Shown: one piece after another, positions 19,840-29,781 of the stretch | Numbering within the stretch: the first letter of the stretch is position 1 | How the letters are laid out: every line of letters begins with the position of its first letter | Origin: Deltaproteobacteria bacterium | Lineage (GTDB): Bacteria > Desulfobacterota > Desulfobaccia > Desulfobaccales > 0-14-0-80-60-11 | Assembly (NCBI GenBank): GCA_016875015.1 | Contig: VGSJ01000006.1 | Span: forward strand, 1-63,660 | Direction: 5' to 3' | DNA: 63,660 nt | Position numbers and translations under genes: made by a program | Notes under the pieces: generated by a model | The model's input: only the letters and a program-made list of their open reading frames with translations | The model's database searches: none | What the model was told of the DNA's origin: nothing

Positions 19840-19874
19840 AAAAACCAAAAACTAAAAACCAAAAACTAAAAACC
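19840..19874. repeat. Heptamer tandem repeat (AAAAACY)x5
   Basis: aaaaacc aaaaact aaaaacc aaaaact aaaaacc; a short reverse-complement copy sits at ~19713-19729. Confidence 0.85.
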
Positions 19875-19881
19875 CTCTCCT

Positions 19882-20718
19882 ATGAGACAACGTGAATTCT
19901 GGGGGCGCCTCAAGCGGAACCGCATGGCCATGACCGGCCTGGCCCTGGTCTTGGGGCTGTTTGTGGTGTCCGTCTTCGCCCCCTGGCTGTCGCCTTACGA
20001 CCCCAACAGCATCAATCTCAAGCAGGTTCTCATGCCCCCCAGTTCGGATCACTTTCTGGGAACGGACACTTTGGGCCGGGACGTTCTGTCCCGCATCATC
20101 TTCGGCACCCGGATATCCCTGTTGGTGGGGTTTGTGGCGGTGGGAATAGCCACCCTCATCGGTCTTCTCGTGGGGGCCCTGGCGGGGTATTATGGCGGTT
20201 GGGTGGACCAGGGCCTCATGCGCCTGGTGGACCTGATGCTCTGTTTTCCCGCCTTCTTCCTGATCCTGGCCGTGATTGCGGTGCTGGAGCCCAGCATCTG
20301 GAACATCATGGCGGTCATCGGCCTCACCGGCTGGATGGGCGTGGCCCGTCTGGTCCGGGCGGAGTTTCTCTCCTTGCGGGAACGGGAATTCGTCATCGCG
20401 GCCCGGGCCTTGGGGGCCGGCGACACCCGCCTGATCCTCCGCCACATGCTGCCCAACGCCCTGGCGCCGGTGATGGTCTCCGCCACCCTGGGGGTGGCCG
20501 GGGCCATCCTCACCGAGAGCGCCCTGAGTTTCCTGGGGCTCGGGGTTCAGCCCCCCACCCCCAGCTGGGGCAACATCCTCACCGCCGGCAAGGACAACAT
20601 TGAGATCGCCTGGTGGCTTTCCGTGTTTCCCGGGCTGGCCATTCTGGTCACGGTGATGAGCTACAACCTCTTGGGGGAAGGCATCCGGGAGGCCATCGAC
20701 CCCCGGTTGAAGGAATAA
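19882..20718 (+). CDS. Peptide/nickel ABC permease (DppC/OppC-like)
   Basis: HFLGTDTLGRD, EFVIAARALGA and LSFLGLGVQPPTPSWG. Confidence 0.93.
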   Translation: MRQREFWGRLKRNRMAMTGLALVLGLFVVSVFAPWLSPYDPNSINLKQVLMPPSSDHFLGTDTLGRDVLSRIIFGTRISLLVGFVAVGIATLIGLLVGALAGYYGGWVDQGLMRLVDLMLCFPAFFLILAVIAVLEPSIWNIMAVIGLTGWMGVARLVRAEFLSLREREFVIAARALGAGDTRLILRHMLPNALAPVMVSATLGVAGAILTESALSFLGLGVQPPTPSWGNILTAGKDNIEIAWWLSVFPGLAILVTVMSYNLLGEGIREAIDPRLKE

Positions 20719-20916
20719 CCCTGCGCCCCGGGCAAGCAACCGCGCTTCATGCCATCCAGGCATTGGATGGCGGAGGCTTCCTCAGTTGGGGTCGCGCCAT
20801 AAGGGAGACGGGGGGCTGATTCACCGGCATACCGCCGACAATTTCTACGAAACTTCATTGAGGCCGTAAAAAATGTGGTAATTAATGAAATCTGCCGGGT
20901 TTCCCCGCAAAATATT

Positions 20917-20945
20917 TTGACAATCCGCCGGGAATCTCTTATCCT
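20917..20945 (+). promoter_or_regulatory. Putative sigma70 promoter
   Basis: TTGACA-17 nt-TATCCT upstream of ORF 21007. Confidence 0.55.
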
Positions 20946-21006
20946 ATGTGAGCAGGGCGGCATCACTGGATCATTAAGGCATCATCATAACTAAGGGAGG
21001 GAGAAT

Positions 21007-21486
21007 ATGAAACGGACGTGGGTCAAAGTAATTGCCATCGTAGTGGCCCTGGCTCTGTGCGGGGCGGGGGCGGCGTTTGCGCAAACGGCCAAAAAGCCCG
21101 AAAAAGAGTTTGATGTCGGCAAAGCGCTGTTGGATTCTTATGATTTGATCGAAAAGCAACAGTACAAGAAAGCCGACGCGATCATCGACAAGATCCTGGC
21201 CAAGGATCCCGGCAATCCCCTGGCCTTGAACAACAAGGCCTCCATCATGGTGTCACAAAAGAAATTTGACAAGGCCGACACCTACCTGAACCAGGCCCTG
21301 GGCAAAGCCAAAGGCTACATGGTGCAGGTGAACCGGGTGTGCTCCGTGGGCAACATCTGTCTGGCCTTCAAACCCGTGGCCTCGGGCACCGGTAATCAGG
21401 ACTTGGAGCCCTTGATCAAGATGAACATCGAAATGGTCAAAGGCTATATGACTGCGGGCCCCGTGCCAGGGAAAGGCTTGAGATAA
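21007..21486 (+). CDS. Secreted TPR-like protein (paralog 1)
   Basis: Signal peptide ending AFA-Q, DPGNPLALNN and VNRVCSVGNICLAF; RBS GGAGG. Confidence 0.8.
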   Translation: MKRTWVKVIAIVVALALCGAGAAFAQTAKKPEKEFDVGKALLDSYDLIEKQQYKKADAIIDKILAKDPGNPLALNNKASIMVSQKKFDKADTYLNQALGKAKGYMVQVNRVCSVGNICLAFKPVASGTGNQDLEPLIKMNIEMVKGYMTAGPVPGKGLR

Positions 21487-21519
21487 TTAACGCGTAACTG
21501 CCGCCCACTAGGAGCTCCT

Positions 21520-21545
21520 AGGCCCCCCTCCGGGGGCCTTTTTTT
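21520..21545 (+). terminator. Intrinsic terminator
   Basis: AGGCCCCC-CTCC-GGGGGCCT followed by a T run. Confidence 0.8.
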
Positions 21546-21598
21546 GCGGTCGTTGGGGGAGTTATGCCGATCTGCGCTCAAAAAGGTAATTTCCCTTT

Positions 21599-21645
21599 GT
21601 AGGGTGCGTCTTACGCACCAAGAATGGCGCGTGAGACGCGCTACA
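21599..21645. repeat. REP-like doublet
   Basis: GTAGGGTGCGTCTTACGCACC ... GGCGCGTGAGACGCGCTAC; related units at ~12189 and ~48960. Confidence 0.7.
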
Positions 21646-21746
21646 GATTTTAGTGCCTTGAAAAACCATTCTCCGGACCTGAAAATACTTTTCTGAGAGC
21701 AACCTGGTATTACCCTCCAGGCGGTGGGCTTTAATCCAACCCGCCA

Positions 21747-21775
21747 TTGACATCTTGGCTAACCGCCGCTATGGT
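21747..21775 (+). promoter_or_regulatory. Putative sigma70 promoter
   Basis: TTGACA-17 nt-TATGGT upstream of ORF 21807. Confidence 0.55.
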
Positions 21776-21806
21776 GCAAGCATTTCGTATCAACCGGGGG
21801 TAAGGC

Positions 21807-22250
21807 ATGAAACGGCACTTCTGGCAAATGGTCCTCATGGCGGCGGCCCTGGGGCTGGCCCTCGCCGGGCCGGTCCGGGCCCAGGCTGACGCCGGCCTCA
21901 CCAAGATGCTGGTGGAAAGCTACGATTTACTGGAGGCGGGCAAACTGGCCGAGGCTCAGAAAATCTTCGAGCAGATCCTCAAGCAGGACCCCGGCAACCC
22001 CCTGGCCTTGAATAATCTGGGGGCCATCAAGGTCAAAGAGAACCGGTTTCCGGAAGCCCTCGCCCTCCTTGCCCAGGCCCTGCCCCGGGCCCAGGGCTAT
22101 AAACTGAAGGTGAACCGGGTGTGCGATATGCAGGGCCTCTGCCTGGCCTTCCGGCCCCTGGAGGCGGTTTACGGGGACCAGGACCTGGCGGCCCTGGTGC
22201 AGTTGAACCTCAGCCTGGTCAAGGCCAAACTGGCGGGTGAGAAAAAGTAG
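21807..22250 (+). CDS. Secreted TPR-like protein (paralog 2)
   Basis: Signal peptide ending VRA-Q, ESYDLLE, DPGNPLALNN and VNRVCDMQGLCLAF; clearly paralogous to 21007. Confidence 0.8.
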   Translation: MKRHFWQMVLMAAALGLALAGPVRAQADAGLTKMLVESYDLLEAGKLAEAQKIFEQILKQDPGNPLALNNLGAIKVKENRFPEALALLAQALPRAQGYKLKVNRVCDMQGLCLAFRPLEAVYGDQDLAALVQLNLSLVKAKLAGEKK

Positions 22251-22338
22251 TGTCGCGATTCATAAATTGTCGGGTTAGAAAAGGGGGGAGCCCCCCATAT
22301 TTAAATCCCGTATTAGTCATGAAACGTCACCCGAGGCG

Positions 22339-23031
22339 CTATTTTTTGCTCCCGCTCTCTGCGGCGGTCAGCTTTTCCTGGAAATACGGCGCCATGGCGG
22401 CGTCCGGCGGCTGGTCCAGCAGTTTGCGCCAGTAGACCGCGGCTTCTTTGGGTTCCTTAGCCTGTTCGTAGAGCATGGCCAGCCGGCGCATGACCTCGCT
22501 CTTCAGGGGTTCGGAGATCTGTTCCACCACGGGCTTGAGCACCTCGGCCGCCTTTTTGAAGTTGCCCATGCCTTCGTAGCAATAACTGAGACTTTCCTGC
22601 ACCAGGGTGTCCCAGCCCGGGTCGCGGCCGTCCTGGAGGGATTCGTAAGCCTTGGCGGCCTCGCTGTACTGCGCAAGCCGGTAGAGAAGGTTGGCCCGCA
22701 TGAGTTGGGCTTCCCGGGCCGCCCGGGTGTTGGGATATTCCTTAATAAACTTATCCAGGTCATTGGCCGCGGCCAGGGCCGGGATATTAAGGTCGATCTT
22801 GGGGGTCACCTGGGTCAAGGCGGCCGCGGCCTTCTCCTCCCGGCTTGCCTGCATCTTGGCGTTCACCCCCCAGGCTCCCAGGCCCACCGCGATTAAGACC
22901 ACGGCCAGCACCAGCCATTTGGCATAGGGCCTCACCCGCTCCAGCAGGCGCTGCGCCAGGTTTAACACTTCCTCGGGATTGTCCAGCGCCGACCGGCGCC
23001 GGGAACTTAGCTTGGCCATGTATGTCTCCAA
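22339..23031 (-). CDS. Membrane-anchored TPR protein (YfgM-like)
   Basis: Single TM (WLVLAVVLIAVGLGAW), FIKEYPNT and TPR helices. Confidence 0.75.
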   Translation of the reverse strand: METYMAKLSSRRRSALDNPEEVLNLAQRLLERVRPYAKWLVLAVVLIAVGLGAWGVNAKMQASREEKAAAALTQVTPKIDLNIPALAAANDLDKFIKEYPNTRAAREAQLMRANLLYRLAQYSEAAKAYESLQDGRDPGWDTLVQESLSYCYEGMGNFKKAAEVLKPVVEQISEPLKSEVMRRLAMLYEQAKEPKEAAVYWRKLLDQPPDAAMAPYFQEKLTAAESGSKK

Positions 23032-23113
23032 AAAACTTCGATTTTACCTTTATACCCTCTTAAGTTGCCATAGTCGAGGTTTGATGCCCTGGCAAAAAGT
23101 CAGGCGGCCATTT

Positions 23114-23590
23114 TTAACTCGACTGGGCCGCCGCCAGCTGCCGCACCAACTGCCAGCTGCGCTCCCCGTGGCCGGTGAAGGTGAGCTGCCGTTGGTCTTC
23201 CCCGACGATCTCCATATCAACTTCCAGGTAATCGCCGGGGAGCAGGGGGGCCAGCCGCCGGGCCCATTCCGCCGCCACCACCTGGGGCCCGGAGAGATAT
23301 TCTTCCAGGTCCGGGAGCATCGAAAGGGGCAGGTCTTCCAGGCGGTAGAGGTCCAGGTGGACCAGCAGGACGCGCCCGGGATATTCGTGCACCAGGGTGA
23401 AGCTGGGGCTGGCGACCAGGTGGGGCGGCACGTGAAGCCCCTGGGCCAGGCCGTGGACGAACTCGGTCTTGCCGCTGCCCAACTCACCGTTTAAGGCCAC
23501 CACATCCCCCGGGGCAAGCCATTGCCCCAAACGAGCCGCCAGGGCCCGGGTCGCCTCGGGGCTGCGGCTGACCCGCACAAGCGGTTTCAT
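23114..23590 (-). CDS. tsaE: tRNA threonylcarbamoyladenosine biosynthesis ATPase
   Basis: GELGSGKT, VASPSFTLVHEY, HLDLYRL and AEW. Confidence 0.93.
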   Translation of the reverse strand: MKPLVRVSRSPEATRALAARLGQWLAPGDVVALNGELGSGKTEFVHGLAQGLHVPPHLVASPSFTLVHEYPGRVLLVHLDLYRLEDLPLSMLPDLEEYLSGPQVVAAEWARRLAPLLPGDYLEVDMEIVGEDQRQLTFTGHGERSWQLVRQLAAAQSS

Positions 23591-23730
23591 ACCGGGTTAG
23601 GGTGACGCTGCATCATTAATATGGTATTCAAATCGGGCTTTTCTCCCCCCCTTTTCTAAAGGGGGACTTTCAAAACACCGCTCTTTGGCAAAAGGGTGGG
23701 TCCCGGGGCTGGCAATGACGGCGCCCCTTA

Positions 23731-24192
23731 TCACTCCCCGGGTTCCCGGGCCATAGCCCTGACCAGGTCCATCTTCCCGATGACGCCCACGATTTTGCCC
23801 CCCTTAAGCACCGGGATGGTGTGGACCTTCTGTTTGGCCATGAGCGCGGCGATCTGGGAAACCGGGGTGTCCGGGGCCACCGTGACGGGGTTGGGGCTCA
23901 TACAATCGCCCACCGTGGCGCCCAGCATCTTTTCCACCCGCTTAATTAAATGCGAAGGAATTTGGAGGTAGATATGGAGGTCCAGGATATTGATGGCCGG
24001 GGGCAGTTCCAGGTCCCGGGCCCGCTCCACCAGGTCGCTCTGGGTGATGACCCCCACCAGGCGGCCGCCTTGATCCACCACCGGCACGCCGCCGATCTTG
24101 CGGTTCTCCAGGGTCTTGGACAAATCCGCGATAGAGGTTTCCGGGCTGACCGTGAGGACCTCCGTGGTCATGATATCACGCGCGTAAAGCAT
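23731..24192 (-). CDS. CBS-domain protein
   Basis: Two CBS repeats (ARDIMT, VPVVD..LVGVIT, VGDCMS). Confidence 0.9.
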   Translation of the reverse strand: MLYARDIMTTEVLTVSPETSIADLSKTLENRKIGGVPVVDQGGRLVGVITQSDLVERARDLELPPAINILDLHIYLQIPSHLIKRVEKMLGATVGDCMSPNPVTVAPDTPVSQIAALMAKQKVHTIPVLKGGKIVGVIGKMDLVRAMAREPGE

Positions 24193-25781
24193 ATATCTCC
24201 CTCTGCCGGGGGTATCGTCCCCTGGCTGAATTCTGTGAGCATTTGGGGCCAGACAGCCAACAAGTCACCGGCGATCATCCCCCGGGGGCCGCGGCGGCTG
24301 ACAAAAAAATCCGCGGCCAGGCCGTGGAGATAGACGCCCAGGCGGGCGGCGTCCCAGGGAGTCAGACCCTGGGCCAGAAAACCGCCGATGAGGCCGGTGA
24401 GCACGTCCCCGGTGCCGCCGCTGGCCAGGGCCGGGTTCCCGGTGGAGTTGAGCGAGGCGCGGCCGTCGGGGGCGGCCACCACGGTCTGGGCCCCTTTCAG
24501 CACCAGGGTGACCCCGAGACGGGCCGCGGTTTCCCGGGCCAGGTCCAGACGCCGGGCCTGCACTGCCGGGGTGGTGAGCCCCACCAACCGGGCCATTTCG
24601 CCCGGGTGGGGGGTCAGGATCCGGGGTCCCGCCGCGTCTTTGAGGCCGGGGTAATCCCCCGCCAGGTTGTTGATGCCGTCGGCATCGATGACCATCGGAC
24701 AGGAAAGGTCGGGCGCCAGCCGCTCAACCAGTTCCCGAGTCTCCGGGTGGGTCCCGATACCCGGCCCCAGGGCCACGGTGAATTTTCCGTTTTTTCCGTT
24801 TTTTTCGTTAATGAACTCTACGATGGGGTCCCACGCCGCTTTACCCAGGGCCCGGGCCGCCGCCGCCTCGGGCAGGGGCAGAGTCATGGCCTCGGTGAGC
24901 TTCACTTCCAGAATGTCGTTGAGGCTGGCTGGGATCCCCAGGGTCACCAGCCCGGCCCCGGCCCGGAGCGCGGCTTCGGCAGTCAAAACCGCGGCCCCGG
25001 TTTTGCCGATGGCGCCGGCCAGGACCAAAAGGTGGCCGAAGGACCCCTTGTGGCTGCCGGAAGGCCGGGGCGGCAGCAAGGCCCGCATTTCCCCGGCTTC
25101 GGAAAGCGAAACCCGCGCCTCCCGGGCGAGGTGCGCGGGGATGCTGATATCCACCTGCCAGAGGCGGCCCACGTAATCCCGGCCCGGCGGCAGCACCTGG
25201 CCGAGCTTGGGCCAGCCGTAGGTCACGGTGACCTGGGCCTTCAGGGCCACCCCCAGCACTTCCCCGGTATCGGCGGAGAGGCCCGTGGGCATATCCACCG
25301 CCAGCACGGGCGCCCGCAGATGGTTGAGCCGCTCGATCAAGGCGGCCAGCAACCCTGTCACCGGGGAATTGAGGCCGGTGCCCAACAGGGCGTCCACGAT
25401 GAGACCGGCTTTGGCCAACCGGTGGAGGGTGTGGTTCAGGTCCGCTTCGGTGAGGACCTCCGTCACCGCGATCCCCAGGTGGGCCAGGATCTCCAGGTTG
25501 ACCCGGGCATCCCCACTCACCCGGTCCCGCGGCCCCAGGAGGAAAACGGCCACCGGAATGCCGGCGTTGGCCAGGTAGCGGGCCACCACAAAACCGTCTC
25601 CGCCGTTGTTGCCCCGTCCGGCTACCACCGCCACTTCGCCCTGAAGGCCGGGAAATTCCCGCCGGAGAATCTGGTAGGTCGTCCGCCCGGCATTCTCCAT
25701 GAGGACCAGGGAAGGGATGCCGAGGTCTTGGATAGCCCGGCGGTCCAACTCCCGCATCATTGATGCCGTTACGAGTTTCAT
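24168..25781 (-). CDS. nnr: Bifunctional NAD(P)H-hydrate epimerase/dehydratase
   Basis: LMENAG, GRGNNGGDG, VDALLGTG, HKGSFG, ILTPHPGEM and GGTGDVLTG. Confidence 0.93.
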   Translation of the reverse strand: MKLVTASMMRELDRRAIQDLGIPSLVLMENAGRTTYQILRREFPGLQGEVAVVAGRGNNGGDGFVVARYLANAGIPVAVFLLGPRDRVSGDARVNLEILAHLGIAVTEVLTEADLNHTLHRLAKAGLIVDALLGTGLNSPVTGLLAALIERLNHLRAPVLAVDMPTGLSADTGEVLGVALKAQVTVTYGWPKLGQVLPPGRDYVGRLWQVDISIPAHLAREARVSLSEAGEMRALLPPRPSGSHKGSFGHLLVLAGAIGKTGAAVLTAEAALRAGAGLVTLGIPASLNDILEVKLTEAMTLPLPEAAAARALGKAAWDPIVEFINEKNGKNGKFTVALGPGIGTHPETRELVERLAPDLSCPMVIDADGINNLAGDYPGLKDAAGPRILTPHPGEMARLVGLTTPAVQARRLDLARETAARLGVTLVLKGAQTVVAAPDGRASLNSTGNPALASGGTGDVLTGLIGGFLAQGLTPWDAARLGVYLHGLAADFFVSRRGPRGMIAGDLLAVWPQMLTEFSQGTIPPAEGDICFTRVIS

Positions 25782-25834
25782 ATCTCAACCTGGGTCTGAA
25801 ATTTACGGTTTAAGATAACACACCCTCCGGGGTA

Positions 25835-25876
25835 TTAGCAATTAGCGGTTAGCAGTGAGCAATTAGCAGTTAGCCA
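25835..25876. repeat. Degenerate heptamer tandem repeat (TTAGCAR-like)x6
   Basis: ttagcaa ttagcgg ttagcag tgagcaa ttagcag ttagcca. Confidence 0.7.
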
Positions 25877-26081
25877 AGACCAGGGATGGTGAAAACGATT
25901 CCTCCAGCCTGCTTCATCCCCCCTCACCTCAATCATCTCCCCCCAAGGGGGGAGATGATTTTGGACTTTTTACGGGTTCATCATTATTCGCTTGGCTCAG
26001 AATGACCATTAACTACGGAATGAGGTTTTGAAATGGTTTTTTCTCTTGGCTGAAAGCTGATGGCTGATACCGTGTTCGTTT

Positions 26082-26112
26082 TGTAGGGGCGGGTTTGAAA
26101 CCCGCCCCTACG
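26082..26112. repeat. REP-like palindrome
   Basis: GTAGGGGCGGGTTTGAAACCCGCCCCTAC. Confidence 0.8.
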
Positions 26113-26235
26113 AGAGATATCAATAGGTTATCTGGATGGTTTGTTTCATTTCAAAGGGAGCACGGTATGATAGCTATTGTCACAGAAAAGGCGGCCCGGG
26201 GGCCGCCTGATCGTTTAAACGACAGGGTGGTTTCC

Positions 26236-27105
26236 TTACCAGTGGTAGGCCAGGCCCGCCACTACTCTATGGGTGGCAAAATCCAGCGTCGTCAGGCCAC
26301 GGCACTCCGTGCCGTTGGGCAGGTAAAAGGGATGAGCTTCAATTTCTATAGCCCATTGGTAGTTGTATTTGTACTCCACGAAAGTGGAGATATGTTTGGT
26401 GATCATGTAGCGCAACCCCGCCATCACATCAATCCCGAAATTTTTGGCCGAGTCCACCTCTTCATACACGACCGAAAAACAGGGGCCAATGCCCACGTAG
26501 GGCTGCAACCGGCCAAAAGGCACCTCCTTATCCGGTAAAAAGCCGTAGCGGCCGACGAGGTGTAGCGCCGTAGTCCAATTTATCCAGAAGTCGTTGGGGA
26601 CGGTACCCACGGTCGCCCCCTGAATGGGTCGGCTCAAAGACAAAGTGCGCCGGTTCACATAGCTATTGTTGACGCCCGACTCCACTTCCAGACCCAGGTA
26701 GGGGATGGTTCGGGTAAAGTAGCCGAACTTCACGCCCCCGGCCAGGGAGTTGGCAAATTGATTGTTACGCAGGGTGACCGCCCCTGAACTGACACTGGCC
26801 CCACCATTGAGGACAACGCCGTTATAGAGAAGATCCTGGCTGGGAGTAAAGGCCACCCCCAAAAAGCCCCCGGCATAAAATTCACCGTTAAGCAGGCGCT
26901 CCTTCCCCCGGCGCGAAGGGAGATTCTCATAGACCCCATAGGCGATCATCGGCGTGGCCAGCAAGCCCAGGATGGTGCAGCCGATGGCCAGATTGGTGTT
27001 CAGCGCCATAACCGGCGTCGGCGCCGGCATCAGGAAACCTATCGTTAACAGTATGATGACAAACCCCGGCCCCCATTTTCTGTGATTCCTGCGCCCTCCG
27101 TGCAT
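26236..27105 (-). CDS. Outer-membrane beta-barrel protein
   Basis: Signal-like N-terminus, LQPYVGIG, FVEYKY and aromatic C-terminus GLAYHW. Confidence 0.75.
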   Translation of the reverse strand: MHGGRRNHRKWGPGFVIILLTIGFLMPAPTPVMALNTNLAIGCTILGLLATPMIAYGVYENLPSRRGKERLLNGEFYAGGFLGVAFTPSQDLLYNGVVLNGGASVSSGAVTLRNNQFANSLAGGVKFGYFTRTIPYLGLEVESGVNNSYVNRRTLSLSRPIQGATVGTVPNDFWINWTTALHLVGRYGFLPDKEVPFGRLQPYVGIGPCFSVVYEEVDSAKNFGIDVMAGLRYMITKHISTFVEYKYNYQWAIEIEAHPFYLPNGTECRGLTTLDFATHRVVAGLAYHW

Positions 27106-27329
27106 TGTCGCCGCCCCCTTGAGACCGTTATAATGGAGTTATTCTAGTGTTTAAGATTGCTTAAAGTCAAGGGAAAACCGAGGCGGGGCCACCGGGAACG
27201 GCAGTTGCCCCAAAAAGTTCCCCGGGACCGCAACCAGGACGTCCAGGCGCAGGATAATCCTGTTGACTCATAGTCGCCGGATTGATAAATTTTACAGTAT
27301 AAGAACCATCTCTCCATTTCAAGGAATCC

Positions 27330-27950
27330 GTGATCGTCATCATCGATTATCAAGCCGGCAACCTCACCAGCGTGGTCCGGTCTCTCAAAGCCCTGGGGGT
27401 GGAGGGTACGGTGACCCAGGACCCGGCGGTGGTGGCCCAGGCTACCCGCGTCATTTTCCCCGGGGTGGGAGCGGCCGGCAAGGCCATGGCGACGCTCCGG
27501 GAGCTGGGTCTGGATCAGGCCCTGCGCCGGAGTTTGGCGCGCGGCATCCCCATCCTGGGCATCTGCCTGGGGGCGCAAGTTATCCTGGCGCGCAGTGAGG
27601 AAAATGATACCGCCTGCCTGGGCCTGTTGCCCGGCCGCACCCTGACGCTCCCTCGCACCGAGGGCTTGAAGATCCCCCACATGGGCTGGAACCGGGTGCG
27701 ATTTCTCAGCGAGCACCGGGTATTTAAGGGATTGCCGGAGGGCGCCGAATACTATTTTGTCCACAGCTACTATCCCGCCCCAGCCCAAACGGCCATGGTG
27801 CTGGGGGTGACGGACCACGGCATTGAGTTTCCCAGCGCCATTGGCTGGCGCAACCTGGTGGCCACCCAGTTTCACCCGGAGAAAAGCGGCCGTTTCGGAC
27901 TGCAGATCCTGGAGAATTTCCTGGTCTGGGACGGCTCCGATGCTGAGTAA
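27330..27950 (+). CDS. hisH: Imidazole glycerol phosphate synthase, glutamine amidotransferase subunit
   Basis: [33 protein letters not shown] and QFHPEKSG. Confidence 0.95.
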   Translation: MIVIIDYQAGNLTSVVRSLKALGVEGTVTQDPAVVAQATRVIFPGVGAAGKAMATLRELGLDQALRRSLARGIPILGICLGAQVILARSEENDTACLGLLPGRTLTLPRTEGLKIPHMGWNRVRFLSEHRVFKGLPEGAEYYFVHSYYPAPAQTAMVLGVTDHGIEFPSAIGWRNLVATQFHPEKSGRFGLQILENFLVWDGSDAE

Positions 27951-28719
27951 ACGGATTATTCCCTGTCTGGATGTCCGGGACGGCCGGACCACCAAGGGCA
28001 TCAAATTCAGGAACAATGTGGATATCGGGGACCCGGTGGCCATGGCCCGGCTCTATTATGAAGCCGGGGCCGACGAACTGGTCTTTTACGATATCACCGC
28101 CTCCAGTGACCGCCGGAACATCATGATCGACGTGGTCCGCCGGGTGGCGGCGGAGATCCTCATCCCTTTTTCGGTGGGCGGCGGCATCCGGAACCTCAAC
28201 GACATGCGGGACGTCCTCTTGGCCGGCGCCGAGAAGGTGAGCGTCAACAGCGCCGCCATCCTGGATCCCGCGCTGATCACCGCGGGGGCCCAGGCCTTCG
28301 GCAGCCAGTGCATCGTCTTGGGCATGGACGTGAAAGGGGTCCCCCCCTCCCTGACGACCCCCTCGGGTTATGAAATGGTGATTCACGGGGGCCGCACCCC
28401 CATGGGGATCGACGCCCTCTGGTGGGCCCAGGAGGCGGTGCGGCTGGGAGCCGGGGAAATCTGCCTCAACTCCATCGATGCCGACGGCACCCAGGCGGGT
28501 TATGAACTGACCCTTACCCGGATGATTTCCGAAGCCGTGCCCATCCCGGTGATTGCCTCGGGCGGCGCCGGCGCCCCCGAGCACCTCCACCAGGTTCTTG
28601 CCCAGGGTCGGGCGGATGCCGCGCTCATTGCTTCCATGGTCCATTTCGGCGCCTATACCATTAAAGGCATTAAAGACTATCTGGCCCAGCGCGGCATTCC
28701 GGTTCGCCTGGTCTGGTAA
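27940..28719 (+). CDS. hisF: Imidazole glycerol phosphate synthase, cyclase subunit
   Basis: [29 protein letters not shown] and PVIASGGAG; start at ATG 27940 overlaps hisH. Confidence 0.95.
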   Translation: MLSKRIIPCLDVRDGRTTKGIKFRNNVDIGDPVAMARLYYEAGADELVFYDITASSDRRNIMIDVVRRVAAEILIPFSVGGGIRNLNDMRDVLLAGAEKVSVNSAAILDPALITAGAQAFGSQCIVLGMDVKGVPPSLTTPSGYEMVIHGGRTPMGIDALWWAQEAVRLGAGEICLNSIDADGTQAGYELTLTRMISEAVPIPVIASGGAGAPEHLHQVLAQGRADAALIASMVHFGAYTIKGIKDYLAQRGIPVRLVW

Positions 28720-28768
28720 AAACATGAACCCGACACGGGTTGGAAACCTGTGCCACCCTCCAGGAAGG

Positions 28769-29749
28769 ATGCCCTTGAACGATCAGTTCGACATGAAGGT
28801 GGCCGATTTTCCGGAAGAGCTGCCGGAAATTCTGGAACCCGAGATCGAGGCGGACGTCGAAGACCCCGAGGTCACTCTTCCGGTTCTCAGCGATCTCGAC
28901 CTGGTGCAGCGCTATATCCGAGAGGCGAACCGCTTTGCCCTGCTCACCCCGGAGGAGGAAAAAGCCCTCACGGCCCACTATCATGAGACCGGCGACCGGG
29001 AAACCGGCTCCCGCTTGATCACCAGCAACCTGAGGTTGGTGATCAAGATTGCCCTGGATTTCCAGAAATACTGGATGAAAAACCTCCTGGACCTTATCCA
29101 GGAAGGCAACATCGGCCTGATGCATGCCATCAGGAAATTCGACCCCTACCGGGGCATCAAGCTCTCCTACTATGCTTCCTTCTGGATCAAGGCTTACATT
29201 CTCAAGTTCATCATGGACAACTGGAAGCTGGTGAAGATCGGCACTACGCAGTCTCAACGCAAACTCTTTTACAACCTGAAACGGGAGAAGGAGAAACTCC
29301 GGTCCCAGGGGTTTGAGCCGGGACCCAAACTCCTGGCCGAGGTCTTGAACGTGCGGGAGGAGGAAGTCATCGAGATGGACCAGCGCCTGGGGGCCTGGGA
29401 GCTATCCCTGGACGCCCCCTTGAAGGAAGGCTCCGATGAATATCACAAGAATTTCCTGCCCGCCAGCGAGCCCCAGGTGGAAGAAATGTTGGCCGATGCG
29501 GAACTGAAAAACCTGTTCCGCCGGAAGCTTTCGGAGTTCCGCACCGAACTCAACGACAAGGAACTGGATATTTTAGACTTACGCCTGTTAGCGGAAAAGC
29601 CCATGACCCTGCAGGATATCGGGGTCCGCCATCAAATCTCCCGGGAGCGGGTGCGTCAGATTGAGGACCGCCTCATTAAACGATTGCGTCAATATCTCAA
29701 AAATGAAATCGCCGACTGGGAAGATTATCAGACCCAGATGGGGGATTAG
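28769..29749 (+). CDS. rpoH: RNA polymerase sigma-32 factor
   Basis: Region 2 (DLIQEGNIGLM, YASFWIKAYI), RpoH box TTQSQRKLFYNL and region 4 ISRERVRQIE; start taken as ATG 28769. Confidence 0.88.
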   Translation: MPLNDQFDMKVADFPEELPEILEPEIEADVEDPEVTLPVLSDLDLVQRYIREANRFALLTPEEEKALTAHYHETGDRETGSRLITSNLRLVIKIALDFQKYWMKNLLDLIQEGNIGLMHAIRKFDPYRGIKLSYYASFWIKAYILKFIMDNWKLVKIGTTQSQRKLFYNLKREKEKLRSQGFEPGPKLLAEVLNVREEEVIEMDQRLGAWELSLDAPLKEGSDEYHKNFLPASEPQVEEMLADAELKNLFRRKLSEFRTELNDKELDILDLRLLAEKPMTLQDIGVRHQISRERVRQIEDRLIKRLRQYLKNEIADWEDYQTQMGD

Positions 29750-29781
29750 CTGGCCCCGGGGCCGCCTTCCGAGGAACAACT

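Noticed and set aside
24783-24808. 9-nt tandem duplication in nnr (KNGKNG)
   Set aside because: In-frame loop micro-duplication with no evident functional meaning.
25835-25876. Possible CIRCE element (TTAGCA...)
   Set aside because: There is no inverted TGCTAA half-site; it is a direct heptamer repeat upstream of nnr.
28553-28768. N-terminal extension of RpoH in the ORF track
   Set aside because: It overlaps hisF and a REP-like hairpin; ATG 28769 is the more plausible start.
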